Below are positions 44,531 through 54,237 of a DNA stretch of 64,000 nt, piece after piece; the first letter of the stretch is position 1; the number at the start of each line of letters is the position of its first letter. The notes beneath the pieces are model-generated. The model was not told the origin of the DNA and did not search any database. It saw nothing but the letters and a program-made list of their open reading frames with translations. Source of the DNA: Candidatus Nomurabacteria bacterium (GTDB lineage: Bacteria; Patescibacteriota; Minisyncoccia; Phycocordibacterales; UBA918); contig CP060227.1 in assembly GCA_023898525.1 (NCBI GenBank), positions 645,836 through 709,835 on the forward strand, written 5' to 3'. Made by a program: the position numbers and the translations under genes.

Positions 44531-45472
44531 TTAAGAAAGATATAATTCCATAAATCGAATTAAGAGCTTTCTTTTTACATCCAAAACATCAGGCACCTTA
44601 TCGTAAAGTTCTTTCACCACCAGCCTATCCTTAGTAATTTCAGCTTCACGCAATACTAACTCAATAACCTTATCTTGCCAGATTTGTTGAGATTTTGTTC
44701 TCTTAGGTGATTCCTGATACTTTTTAAGAGCACTATCCAATGAAAGACATTCAGGAGCATTTCTTTGAGCATCTTCGTCAGCTAACTCAATCAGCCTATC
44801 ATTCCATATTTTATTGCCAACTCCTCCGCCATAGTACCTTTGTGTTTTTTTAGCCGCTTCTTCAATAGAAGTGCATAGCGGAGCTTGTATGCGCGCATCC
44901 TGTTCATAGAGTTGATTTATATTAAGATACCATACGTTAAGTATCTCAGCGGGCGGCTCGGCACTTCCAAGGCGTAAGTAACCCATACTCCAATCCGAAA
45001 GGTATTTAAGTAGAGCTTGCCTTATTTCTGGATATGACTTATAACCACTTGCTTCTTTTCTTACAAGATCTATAGCCATCTGCTTGAAGTAATCTGAGAC
45101 GTCTTTTTTTATACTCTTTAACCTATAGTACAAAATATAAGCTTCAATTGATTTGTCACACACATAATTCAATGGAAGTTCCAATAAACGCATTAAGGCT
45201 TTTTTACCAAGTTCTCCGTGTTCAATACCCATCCAAACTAATTCACGGGTATAAGAGAAAGGTATCTGTGGCAATACTCCGTCCACTTTCTGTGTACATA
45301 ATGTCTCCGCACGCTTAAACCAAACCGAAACAATACTACTGCCACGCGGAGAAATTCTTATTTCATTTATCACTTCCTTTATATCCTTACAAGCTTTAGC
45401 CTTGATTGATATTCTTACCAACAGTAACACTTCATGTAACGTAGCAATATAATTCTTAATATCATCAAACAT
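44531..45472 (-). CDS. hypothetical protein with internal tandem repeat
   Basis: 313 aa; repeated segment ...KIWNDRLIELADEDAQRNAPECLSLDSALKKYQ / ...QIWQDKVIELVLREAE. Confidence 0.45.
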   Translation of the reverse strand: MFDDIKNYIATLHEVLLLVRISIKAKACKDIKEVINEIRISPRGSSIVSVWFKRAETLCTQKVDGVLPQIPFSYTRELVWMGIEHGELGKKALMRLLELPLNYVCDKSIEAYILYYRLKSIKKDVSDYFKQMAIDLVRKEASGYKSYPEIRQALLKYLSDWSMGYLRLGSAEPPAEILNVWYLNINQLYEQDARIQAPLCTSIEEAAKKTQRYYGGGVGNKIWNDRLIELADEDAQRNAPECLSLDSALKKYQESPKRTKSQQIWQDKVIELVLREAEITKDRLVVKELYDKVPDVLDVKRKLLIRFMELYLS

Positions 45473-45880
45473 TTTAGTCTCCTTATTTTTAGAGAAATTT
45501 CACATTAACCACACAGCCATTTTCCGCAATTCTAATATCTAGTATTTTTACATATGACCGTTCTCTTATGGGTTTTATAATCATAAACGTATCATTCTTT
45601 GTTACTCTAATAGAATCGTTTATACCATAAGATCTGAATAGACGGGTGATGGTAACTGTTTTATTTTCATGACATCACGTAATCATCACTTGACTTATTT
45701 TTTCACCTATAAAGTTATAACCAGTATAAACACTACCTCCCAACCTCACTTCTTTAGTTTCACCCAAAGCCATAACAGGAAAGGTGAGCGCGAGTACAAA
45801 AAGAAATAACAGAAATTTAAGTTTCATTTTAGATCTCCTTCTTTTGTTAAAAACTCCAACATTTAAAGAAAATTGGAATT

Positions 45881-46159
45881 TTAGATTTTAGAATAGGCTA
45901 CTGTTAATACTAAAATGCACAACATTATCATCGCCATGACTAATCTTATTAGGAACCCATATTTACTCTGTTCAGCATCTTTTTCCTTCAGTATATCTTT
46001 CTCGCCAGACAATGCCGCATCAATTCTCTCGAAATAAATATCGATCGCTCTGGAAATAAGTCCTGAAAGCACAAAAGCTAGAACAAATAGACAGTATTTT
46101 ATAATATAAGCATATTCGGACATTTTTATCTCCTTTATTATCAATGAACCAGTCAACAA
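45881..46159 (-). CDS. small membrane protein
   Basis: 92 aa with two hydrophobic helices. Confidence 0.35.
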   Translation of the reverse strand: MLTGSLIIKEIKMSEYAYIIKYCLFVLAFVLSGLISRAIDIYFERIDAALSGEKDILKEKDAEQSKYGFLIRLVMAMIMLCILVLTVAYSKI

Positions 46160-46328
46160 ACTTCATGTATTGCTGACTTGGCAGTATTAGACCACGAAAT
46201 AGTGTTTTTGCGGCAAGTGTGCGACAAAATTTTATCCAATAAAAACCTAAATTAACGTTATATTTGGTATTGTGTATATTATGTCGGTTTATATCGACAA
46301 TAATTTGTATCAGTGCTATGCTTTCTCT

Positions 46329-47120
46329 ATGGAAAAAGAGAGATTAATAAAGACTATTCATAAAGCTGGACTGTCTGAAAAGGCGGCGGCTGTTTATGTG
46401 ACCCTACTCACCGAGGATGGCGCTTTTCCTTCTCATATAGCCAAACAAACCAAGATCAAAAGGAGTACCGTCTACGACATCTTACTAGAGCTTAGTATCA
46501 AAGGTTTGGTTAGTGAACTTAAAAAACGAAACAAAAGCTTTTATGTAGTAGAAAACCCCAAAAGACTTATCCGCCTAGGAGAAAAGAAGATAATTAACGC
46601 CAAAGAAGACCAGCAAATACTGCAGGATATCTTTCCGGAAATTGAAGGGCTTTATTCCGGAGTTACCAATCGACCAAAGGTTTCGTACTTTGAAGGAGTT
46701 GAGGGGGTAATGTCTATATACGGAGACCACTTAGCGACCAAAACAAAGTACGAGATGCTTGGGTTTGTAAATGTGGCTGAGCTAATGGAGTTTTTACCTC
46801 TAAAAGATTATCGGGAATACGTAAAAGCAAAAGAAAAAATCGGTATCACCACCAGAGGTATTATACCCGACACTAAAGAAGACCGTTCCTACGAAAAAAC
46901 CGTCTATTTAACGGCCAAGAAAAAGATTATTCCAACCGTACGATATATACCAAAAGCGGACTTCAATTGGAAAGCCGACCTTACCATCTATGACAAAAAC
47001 AAAGTCTCAGTGGTCACTTTTGATAAAGAAAGAATTACGGGCATCATTATAGAAAACGAGACAATTTACGGAATGATGAAAATGATCTTTGAACTGGCTT
47101 GGAAGGGAGCGGGGAAGTAG
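46329..47120 (+). CDS. TrmB-family transcriptional regulator
   Basis: Start at MEKERLIK (46329); HTH LSEKAAAVYVTLLTEDGAFPSHIAKQTKIKRSTVYDILLELSIKGLV plus TrmB-like C-terminal domain. Confidence 0.6.
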   Translation: MEKERLIKTIHKAGLSEKAAAVYVTLLTEDGAFPSHIAKQTKIKRSTVYDILLELSIKGLVSELKKRNKSFYVVENPKRLIRLGEKKIINAKEDQQILQDIFPEIEGLYSGVTNRPKVSYFEGVEGVMSIYGDHLATKTKYEMLGFVNVAELMEFLPLKDYREYVKAKEKIGITTRGIIPDTKEDRSYEKTVYLTAKKKIIPTVRYIPKADFNWKADLTIYDKNKVSVVTFDKERITGIIIENETIYGMMKMIFELAWKGAGK

Positions 47121-47256
47121 TTGGTTTATTTTCTTTATAAAAGACGAAAATCGAGTTTGTATTACATAAAAAATAACCGAGGAACGACCTTTTCCTGTCG
47201 CTACTCGCTCCTCTTTAAGGTCGCACCTCCGTTATTTTTTAACCACCCCTCACAAA

Positions 47257-48012
47257 CTACATAGAATCCCACAAAAGATCATAAACAAGCTTATGAAAAT
47301 CAGCTAATTCCTTGGATTCCATTACTATCGCCATTGATTCTTTCCATGAGGCAATTAGGACTTTGTTGTTGTAAACATTGATTTCCGGGCTAAAAGTCAT
47401 TTTTTCTTCCGGTAAGAACTTAGTAGTGCGCATTTCCTCGCTGTCTTTACTAGCGCGGTCAAAAGAAGCTTCATTTTGGGGAAGGATGGCTCTAATATGA
47501 ATATTCGCCTCAGCTCGGCGTTTGTAGTAATCGGGGAAGAAATTGGGGAGACCTTTGTGCATTTCCTCCACGTTGGCATAGGCTCGTATTAGTCCATCAG
47601 CTTGCAGAGAGTCTTCATAGGCCTCACGCATGCCTTTTTCACCCTCATAGAAACGGACTTTTGGCTTGTTGACCGAATGGAGATTTTGGATTGAGATCAA
47701 TTTTGGCATTATTTTACTGACTTTCTCTTTCTGAAGGTCAATTTTTTTGCTAAATTCACGTTTTTCTCGCTCCAGATAATCAATAAGCTTATCCGGAGAT
47801 AGGGCATAGTAGTAGGTTTTACCGGCTTTTTTGATCTTAGAAACCACCCCTTTATGCATTAGAGTCTCCAAAATATCATAAACCGTCGTTCGATTGACGT
47901 CGGTCTCTTTGGCTATCAGTGAAGCAGTAGCTTGATCGGACTTAATTATAGCTAAATATATCTCTACTTCTTTTTCAGAAAAACCTAATTCTTCTAATAT
48001 TTCTTTTATCAT
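47257..48012 (-). CDS. TrmB-family transcriptional regulator
   Basis: LGFSEKEVEIYLAIIKSDQATASLIAKETDVNRTTVYDILETLMHKGVV HTH; domain order as in 17250-18011. Confidence 0.75.
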   Translation of the reverse strand: MIKEILEELGFSEKEVEIYLAIIKSDQATASLIAKETDVNRTTVYDILETLMHKGVVSKIKKAGKTYYYALSPDKLIDYLEREKREFSKKIDLQKEKVSKIMPKLISIQNLHSVNKPKVRFYEGEKGMREAYEDSLQADGLIRAYANVEEMHKGLPNFFPDYYKRRAEANIHIRAILPQNEASFDRASKDSEEMRTTKFLPEEKMTFSPEINVYNNKVLIASWKESMAIVMESKELADFHKLVYDLLWDSM

Positions 48013-48195
48013 TACCTCATCTTAGCAGATTGTTGTGGATTTGTCACCGACAGTTATTTATTGATATTTAAGGAGTAAATATACAGTATTACCATATAAA
48101 TTTATATATACTCGACATTACTTAGTATTAAGTAATAAAATCATAATTAGTCAATAAGTTCTTTGACTAATTCTTACATCTAAAAGGAGACTGGC

Positions 48196-48480
48196 ATGAA
48201 TAATAAAGTATCTTCTTTTCCTTGGCCTTTAATGGTTTTGCTATTAATAACGGTTGGATTAGCGTTTTTATCAGATTATTACGACAACAACACCGAGCCT
48301 AGGAAAAGTTGTATTCCTAAAGAAACAAGAGTAAATATAACCTACTTCCCATGTACTGGCGAAAAACTCTTCGACAAATTAGAAGAGTTGGGTATTTCTA
48401 ACGTATCCTGTGTAAATTGCACAGCAAGGGGATGTTACGTGACTTTGAGCAAGGAGAAGAAAGATGATCAAGAAATATAA
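48196..48480 (+). CDS. small secreted Cys-containing protein
   Basis: Signal-anchor then six Cys; first gene of a three-gene small-protein operon. Confidence 0.4.
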   Translation: MNNKVSSFPWPLMVLLLITVGLAFLSDYYDNNTEPRKSCIPKETRVNITYFPCTGEKLFDKLEELGISNVSCVNCTARGCYVTLSKEKKDDQEI

Positions 48481-48754
48481 CTGGGTACTAAGTAAGGACA
48501 TAGAAGCATATCTTTTATTCGTGCAATTCTGCGTATTGATGACATGTCTATACTATGCCCCTCCAAAACCTATAGGGCTTATTCCTACAATAATCTATAT
48601 TTTAGGAGTAAACGCCACAGGATCATACGTTATGGCCGTGTTATTTTGGTTAGCCAACTGGAGAGAAAGGTTTATACCTCTAGTTATCTTTAGTGTTTCA
48701 CTCACCATACTCTTTGTTTTATTGTTATTTATCCAAGGAGGTTATCATGCGTAG
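48464..48754 (+). CDS. small membrane protein
   Basis: 96 aa with three hydrophobic helices; overlaps its neighbours by a few nt (operon). Confidence 0.4.
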   Translation: MIKKYNWVLSKDIEAYLLFVQFCVLMTCLYYAPPKPIGLIPTIIYILGVNATGSYVMAVLFWLANWRERFIPLVIFSVSLTILFVLLLFIQGGYHA

Positions 48755-49076
48755 TGAGGACTATTGGGAAGAAGAACAAAAAATAGACAGGATCTACAAA
48801 GTCTGCATATGGATATGGTGTATATTGCCATTTGTAATAGCGGTGTGTTTTAACTTTCTACCAGATAAGACTGTTGGGAAACCGACTTACTTTTTAGTCA
48901 CCGTATTGCTTATTGTGGCGATGCATACCTATTTCTTTGCCACAGTATCTCTCAAGGTGTATGTGTTTGATGTGCAAAGTAGCTCGTTAAAATGTCGCTT
49001 TATTGTACTCAATTGTATTAGTGTCTTGGGAACAGTTCTACTTTCTCTAGTATTGTTGTTGCTAAACTGGTTGTAA
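48747..49076 (+). CDS. small membrane protein
   Basis: Start at MRSEDYW, preceded by the Shine-Dalgarno aaggagg (48735-48741); three TM helices. Confidence 0.45.
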   Translation: MRSEDYWEEEQKIDRIYKVCIWIWCILPFVIAVCFNFLPDKTVGKPTYFLVTVLLIVAMHTYFFATVSLKVYVFDVQSSSLKCRFIVLNCISVLGTVLLSLVLLLLNWL

Positions 49077-49140
49077 TCAAAACCCAAGTTTGACCTTATA
49101 GTCAGACTTGGGTTTTATTTTGCCTCATATAGACTCTTGG

Positions 49141-49413
49141 TTAATCTTTCTCACCCATAACAAATTGACAACCATTTGGTCCGGCCGTGGTCGAATGCGG
49201 GGCATTGGCTGGAATATTTGCTCGATCTCCGGCTTTAAGTTCTTTTGTTTCACCGTTTATCGTCACTTCCAGCATACCTTCGGTTACAAAAAGCGCCACG
49301 TTATACGAATGAGTATGTGTTTCATGGGTAGCACCTGAAGCTTCACTTTCCTCGTAAATAGTTATGAAACCTTCTTTTTCTAGGGTTTGTATACAGCGCT
49401 CGGAGAGTTCCAT
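49141..49413 (-). CDS. cupin domain protein
   Basis: 90 aa; THETHTHSYNVALFVTEGMLEVTINGE...AGDRANIPANAPH, the two cupin motifs. Confidence 0.6.
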   Translation of the reverse strand: MELSERCIQTLEKEGFITIYEESEASGATHETHTHSYNVALFVTEGMLEVTINGETKELKAGDRANIPANAPHSTTAGPNGCQFVMGEKD

Positions 49414-49835
49414 GCTTTGATTCTACCACAAATAGCAAAGATTCTGTGTTTCACTTATAAAATAAACGTCTCAACGACTTTTTTGTTTAGTTTTAGTTAA
49501 AATACTGCTTTTCTACCTACCCCTATCGTGAGCGCTTGGGTAAAAAATTAAAGTTTCATAGGTGAGAAGAGGGTGAGGAACGGTTTATCTAAAAAAATAC
49601 AGAATATTAAGTCAACATTCAAAATATTGACCGGCTCCAGGAGCAGTTATATATTATAAATATGAACAAGAGCTCTACTAAAAAAACAAAAAAAATAGTT
49701 GATTCCATAGAAAAAAAATATGGTGTTGATTTGCAATACAAAACAGACAAAGAACTTCACGATCACCTAAAGAAAAGTGGTGTTCCGTCACTTTCTCGTC
49801 TTCTTAAAATAGTTCATCAGTAATAAACTTATTCC

Positions 49836-50372
49836 ATGGAGACTAACTTTATAGTCGATAATAAGTTAAGAAAACGCATAGAAGATTCGGTTGAATATAT
49901 TTTGTTTCTATACATAACTACCGAAAATCACAAAAGTAACACCTACAAATCAGAAACTAACCGAGTAATAGTTTTATATTGTGTTGCCATAATGGAAGCG
50001 TTGATGTTTCTAATATACGAAGAACAAGAGAAAAGGATACAAAAGTTGGAATATAAAGAAAGTATTATCGTACCTAAAAAGTATAATCATAAAGATTATA
50101 AAAATGGTGAAGTAGTAATATCGGTACGGTGTAGTAAAGAAAAAACTGAACCAGAAATCGGTTTTGTGGAACTATTAGATTTTCTCAAGGACTGTAAAGT
50201 ACTTAAAGAAGAAACTGTGACTAGAATTAAGAATATTAACCAGCAGAGAAATACGTTTCATCTTAGAAAGAATAACTTACCCGATTGTAGCAAAGAAGAC
50301 GTTGAAGAAGCTCTCTCACTTCTTTTTTTAACGATAGAACACACCCCACGGTTTATAAGAAAAGGTAACTGA
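49836..50372 (+). CDS. hypothetical protein
   Basis: 178-aa ORF, no motif; a 53-aa Lys-rich ORF (49662-49823) lies just upstream. Confidence 0.45.
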   Translation: METNFIVDNKLRKRIEDSVEYILFLYITTENHKSNTYKSETNRVIVLYCVAIMEALMFLIYEEQEKRIQKLEYKESIIVPKKYNHKDYKNGEVVISVRCSKEKTEPEIGFVELLDFLKDCKVLKEETVTRIKNINQQRNTFHLRKNNLPDCSKEDVEEALSLLFLTIEHTPRFIRKGN

Positions 50373-51050
50373 CTACACTTTTCTTAATTTCAAATTCAAG
50401 CGGCTGGAATACTCGCCATTTTTAGCATCATATTTAAGACAAAGTTCTTCAGGTATCATTGGTTTTGAAACTTCAACCACTTCAAAACCAACACTTCTAA
50501 ATATTCTTAAATATTCAGTCTCCGATCGGTGTACAGGATTTATCTTTATACCCGTATCGCCAATTTCGTCTTGATAACGTTTGTTATCAACACTTTCTAA
50601 AGAAAACTGTTTACAAATTTTGTCTGGATTAGGTACTGAAACAATTAAGAAACCATCAGTTTTGGTTATTTTATAAAGACGTTTCACAGTTGATTCCAAA
50701 TCTTCGATAAACTGAAGTGAAAGTTTTGCAAAAATAACATCGTATACTCCCAACTCATATGGAACAGAGTCATTGCCATCCCAAACCACAAACTTAACTT
50801 CCGGATTTTTAATTCTTGCCATATCTATCATGGGCGCTACGTCTGTTCCTATAACACTGTCTGCTTTTTCAGTTAGTAGTGAAGTAAATTCTCCTGTCCC
50901 ACAACCAAAATCCAGCATTGATCCAACATCGGCTGGCAATAGTTCCACAAGATCAGGAAAATTGACCTCGTACTCATACCAAGCCCAATCTCTATCAACG
51001 GCTTTTTCTGCGTACTCTGCAATAGTTTTGTTATCTAGCCATTCATTCAT
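50373..51050 (-). CDS. class I SAM-dependent methyltransferase
   Basis: Motif I MLDFGCGTGEFTSLL, post-I acidic residue (GTDVAP); start at MNEWLDNK (51050). Confidence 0.75.
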   Translation of the reverse strand: MNEWLDNKTIAEYAEKAVDRDWAWYEYEVNFPDLVELLPADVGSMLDFGCGTGEFTSLLTEKADSVIGTDVAPMIDMARIKNPEVKFVVWDGNDSVPYELGVYDVIFAKLSLQFIEDLESTVKRLYKITKTDGFLIVSVPNPDKICKQFSLESVDNKRYQDEIGDTGIKINPVHRSETEYLRIFRSVGFEVVEVSKPMIPEELCLKYDAKNGEYSSRLNLKLRKV

Positions 51051-51364
51051 GGGTTTATGGTAGCATGCAATCTTTTTGTTTGATATAAATTTCACTATAA
51101 AAAGAATCTTGCCACCAGGACTCGGCGGCAATTCTAAGTAAAATCTATAGTTTGAAATGCCATTTTCAAATTACACCACATAATTCATATACTGTACGTA
51201 TGTTGCAGGGGAAACTAGTTGATATAATACAAACACAAATAGCCTGCAGTAGTTGAAAATTACAGGCTGTTTGTAAATTTATTCAACGAGTGAATACTTC
51301 GAGTATACATCAAGTAAAAATTTGGTCAACGAGAGGTATTCACACATAAAACTTTGTAATAAAT

Positions 51365-51571
51365 ATGCAAACAAGAATACGAGGAAATAGAGATGGATTA
51401 AATAGACGAAACGAAAGTTACAATTTCAAAGGAAGGAATTATAGTAGATCTAAAATGGTAAAAAGGGTAGAGAGAGGACTTCATCCTGAAAATATGGTTG
51501 TAAAAATAAATAATCGTAAGTACGTTAAAGATAAACCAGATTCTTCAAAAAGGGATAATGTTAATCGTTAA
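51365..51571 (+). CDS. small basic hypothetical protein
   Basis: 68 aa, Arg/Lys/Asn-rich; no motif. Confidence 0.3.
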   Translation: MQTRIRGNRDGLNRRNESYNFKGRNYSRSKMVKRVERGLHPENMVVKINNRKYVKDKPDSSKRDNVNR

Positions 51572-51806
51572 GTAAAAACTTCCTTTTCGTATAATCAGGA
51601 ATTATTTGTGGTCACGAATCACTAAGTATATTTGTTCGTCTACGACTCCAAATCTACTAAGTGTTCTCGACCCGCCAGGACTCGCTCCTTACAGGAGCAG
51701 TACCCCAATTGGCTGGATTGGTTCGCTCCACTCCCAATCCAGCTCAATCGGGCTTCGAGTCGTGCTACGGCTTTTTCTTCCACTATCGTTTCAGAAAAAC
51801 CCTGCA

Positions 51807-51880
51807 CCTGGCGGGTGCACAGAAAATGTTAAAGACCAGCGTTTTAGCTGGTCTTTAACATTTTCTGTGCACCCGCCAGG
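51807..51880. repeat. perfect 34-bp-arm inverted repeat whose right arm is the tRNA-Arg 3' end plus 3' trailer
   Basis: cctggcgggtgcacagaaaatgttaaagaccagc-gtttta-gctggtctttaacattttctgtgcacccgccagg; direct copy of the tRNA 3' end (cccgccaggactcg) again at 51671-51684. Confidence 0.8.
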
Positions 51881-51939
51881 ACTCGAACCCAGAACGACTG
51901 ATCCGAAGTCAGTTGTGATATCCATTTCACCACGGGTGC
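51868..51939 (-). tRNA. tRNA-Arg (anticodon TCG)
   Basis: Reverse complement GCACCCG-TG-GTGA-AATGGATA-TCAC-A-ACTGA-CTTCGGA-TCAGT-CGTT-CTGGG-TTCGAGT-CCTGG-CGGGTGC-A; anticodon UCG. Confidence 0.8.
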
Positions 51940-52028
51940 ATCTATTTATTTGCTTCCGCTATCTTTCAGTGTCTAACATCATACGGTAAATATAGGAAAA
52001 AGCAACGATTTTCTGTTACAATGACCAC

Positions 52029-53504
52029 ATGATCAATCCTCAAGATATACCATTATTTGTACGAAGAGTTGGAGACGAGCTAGAAAAAGCTGGTTTTGAG
52101 GCTTATTTGGTAGGTGGTTGCGTACGCGACCTACTTTTGGGTAAAAAGCCAAAAGACTGGGACTTCACCACCAACGCTCACCCAGACCAAATTCAAGCTA
52201 TTTTTCCAGACAGTTTTTGCAATAATGACTATGGTACGGTCGGAGTGAAAAACAGTGATGAAGAAGCTGAAGCTAGTCTACAAGTAGTCGAAGTTACCCC
52301 GTACCGCAGCGAAGGGGAATACAGTGACAAAAGACGTCCAGACAGCGTTACTTTTGGTGTTTCTTTGGAAGAAGACCTAGCTAGACGAGATTTTACTGTC
52401 AACGCTATCGCTTACCGCATAAAAGACCAAAAAACCGTTGATTTATATGACGGAGTTGAAGATTTGAAAGCCAAACGCCTAAAGGCAGTCGGTGACCCAG
52501 ACAAACGTTTTTCAGAGGATGCTCTTCGTATGATGCGCGCGGTCAGGCTAGCGGCTGAGCTTGATTTTGTTATAGAAGGGGAAACTCTTGCTGGTGTTAC
52601 TAAAAACGCTGCATTACTCAAAGAAATAGCGATTGAAAGAATCACCACAGAGTTTGTGAGAATCATTGATTCAAACAACCCAATGCAAGGGATCGTCTTC
52701 CTAGAAAAGCTTAACTTACTTGAATATATCATTCCTGAACTACGAGAGGGGATTGGCTGTGAGCAGGGCGGTATTCACGCCTATGACGTCTTTGAGCACT
52801 TACTACGCACTATGCAAGCAGCGGCTGACAAGGGTTATTCCACCACCATGCGTATCGCCGCCTTACTACACGATGTAGGTAAGCCAGCCACTAGACGAAC
52901 TGGCGGCAAGAACAAAATGTATACTTTCTTTGGCCACGAAGTGGTAGGAGCGAGAATGACAAGAAAAATCCTAGACCGCCTTAAATATCCACGCGAAGAG
53001 TCACAAATTATCGAAAAATTAGTACGTTGGCACATGTTTTTTGCTGATCCGGACCAGATCACACTATCAGCAGTGCGTCGCACTATTGTCCGAATCGGAG
53101 AGGATCAGATTCAAAACCTCCTTAATTTAAGAGTTTGTGACCGTATTGGTACCGGTAGACCAAAAGAGCAACCATTTAGATTCCGTAAATACAAAGCCAT
53201 GGTAGACGAAGCGCTTCGTGACCCGATATCAGTCAAAATGCTGAAGATAAATGGCAACCGCATCATGGAAATAACCGCTGAAAAACCAGGGAAGAAGCTA
53301 GGTTATGTCCTCCATGCTCTTTTGGAAGAAGTGTTAAACGATCCTAGTAAAAACACCGGAGAATACCTAGAAACCAAGGTTTTAGAGCTCTATAAGCTAC
53401 CTGAGGAGGAATTAAAGGCGTTAGCCGACGCTGGCAAAGAAAAACAAGCCGAGGAAGAAGCTGAGGCTCTAAAGGAGATAGCGAGGGAACATAAAGTGGG
53501 GTAA
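52029..53504 (+). CDS. cca: CCA-adding tRNA nucleotidyltransferase (class II, with HD domain and C-terminal extension)
   Basis: Head motif GGCVRDLLLGKKPKDWDFTT, RRDFTVNA, HD region (LLHDVGKP); 491 aa. Confidence 0.85.
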   Translation: MINPQDIPLFVRRVGDELEKAGFEAYLVGGCVRDLLLGKKPKDWDFTTNAHPDQIQAIFPDSFCNNDYGTVGVKNSDEEAEASLQVVEVTPYRSEGEYSDKRRPDSVTFGVSLEEDLARRDFTVNAIAYRIKDQKTVDLYDGVEDLKAKRLKAVGDPDKRFSEDALRMMRAVRLAAELDFVIEGETLAGVTKNAALLKEIAIERITTEFVRIIDSNNPMQGIVFLEKLNLLEYIIPELREGIGCEQGGIHAYDVFEHLLRTMQAAADKGYSTTMRIAALLHDVGKPATRRTGGKNKMYTFFGHEVVGARMTRKILDRLKYPREESQIIEKLVRWHMFFADPDQITLSAVRRTIVRIGEDQIQNLLNLRVCDRIGTGRPKEQPFRFRKYKAMVDEALRDPISVKMLKINGNRIMEITAEKPGKKLGYVLHALLEEVLNDPSKNTGEYLETKVLELYKLPEEELKALADAGKEKQAEEEAEALKEIAREHKVG

Positions 53505-53546
53505 AAAAATCAGCACCCTCGTTTCTACAACAGAGGGTGCTTTTAT
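53505..53546 (+). terminator. intrinsic terminator after cca
   Basis: aaaaaaatc-agcaccctc-gtttctacaaca-gagggtgct-tttat. Confidence 0.65.
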
Positions 53547-54237
53547 AATGAATGAACAAATTGACTATAATAGGTAGTAAATACCTAGAATACCTATTAT
53601 AATCCCTACCACTAACCAAAACTTGACACCTACTCGATTTTTCTGAGCCATCTTTTCCTCCCGAATAAACTGGTATAAGTAATTACAATTATAACATCTG
53701 CATAGTTAAATTATACAAAGAAAAAAGGCCTGGGGGAATCGAGAGTGAAGATGTGGTTTGTTTCACTGCCGATGCCCTCAGGCCTTTGATTAAGATGAGC
53801 TTTATATTATTGGTGGGTATCGTACCCAAGTTGGCGCTTATTTAAAATTTGAAGCTAACCTTGATCCAAAGCTCTACGTTGTTGTTTTGAGAAATAAATG
53901 TCTCTTATACATTATTTTGAAAGAGTTGTTCTTCAAAATTTAGGATAAGGATATTTCTCTTAGGTGGGATGTTATGAACATTTTTTGTTTTGAGTTATTG
54001 GAGGTAATCTCAATTGTTTTTATAATGTACTCTTTAAGAGGTATCTCCAGAGTTTTGTTTCAAAATTCATTTTGATACAAAACTCTGGAGATTCCTGCTC
54101 GCCCTCTCTGGGCCTACGTATATAGTATGTCCTTTATAAAAGTCTGTAAAGGACAGATGTGTGTATAACTGGGGATAACATTAGGGGCATGTCCTTTATA
54201 AAGGACATGCCCCTGGCAACGTTGTAATTCAATGTTA

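Noticed and set aside
51600-51866. tmRNA (ssrA) downstream of tRNA-Arg, suggested by a tRNA-like 3' end (GAGTCCTGGCGGGTCG)
   Set aside because: There is no GGGG 5' acceptor partner, no recognisable tag-peptide reading frame ending in an ANDENYALAA-like sequence, and the region is too short (about 200 nt). It is better explained as a direct repeat of the tRNA-Arg 3' end.
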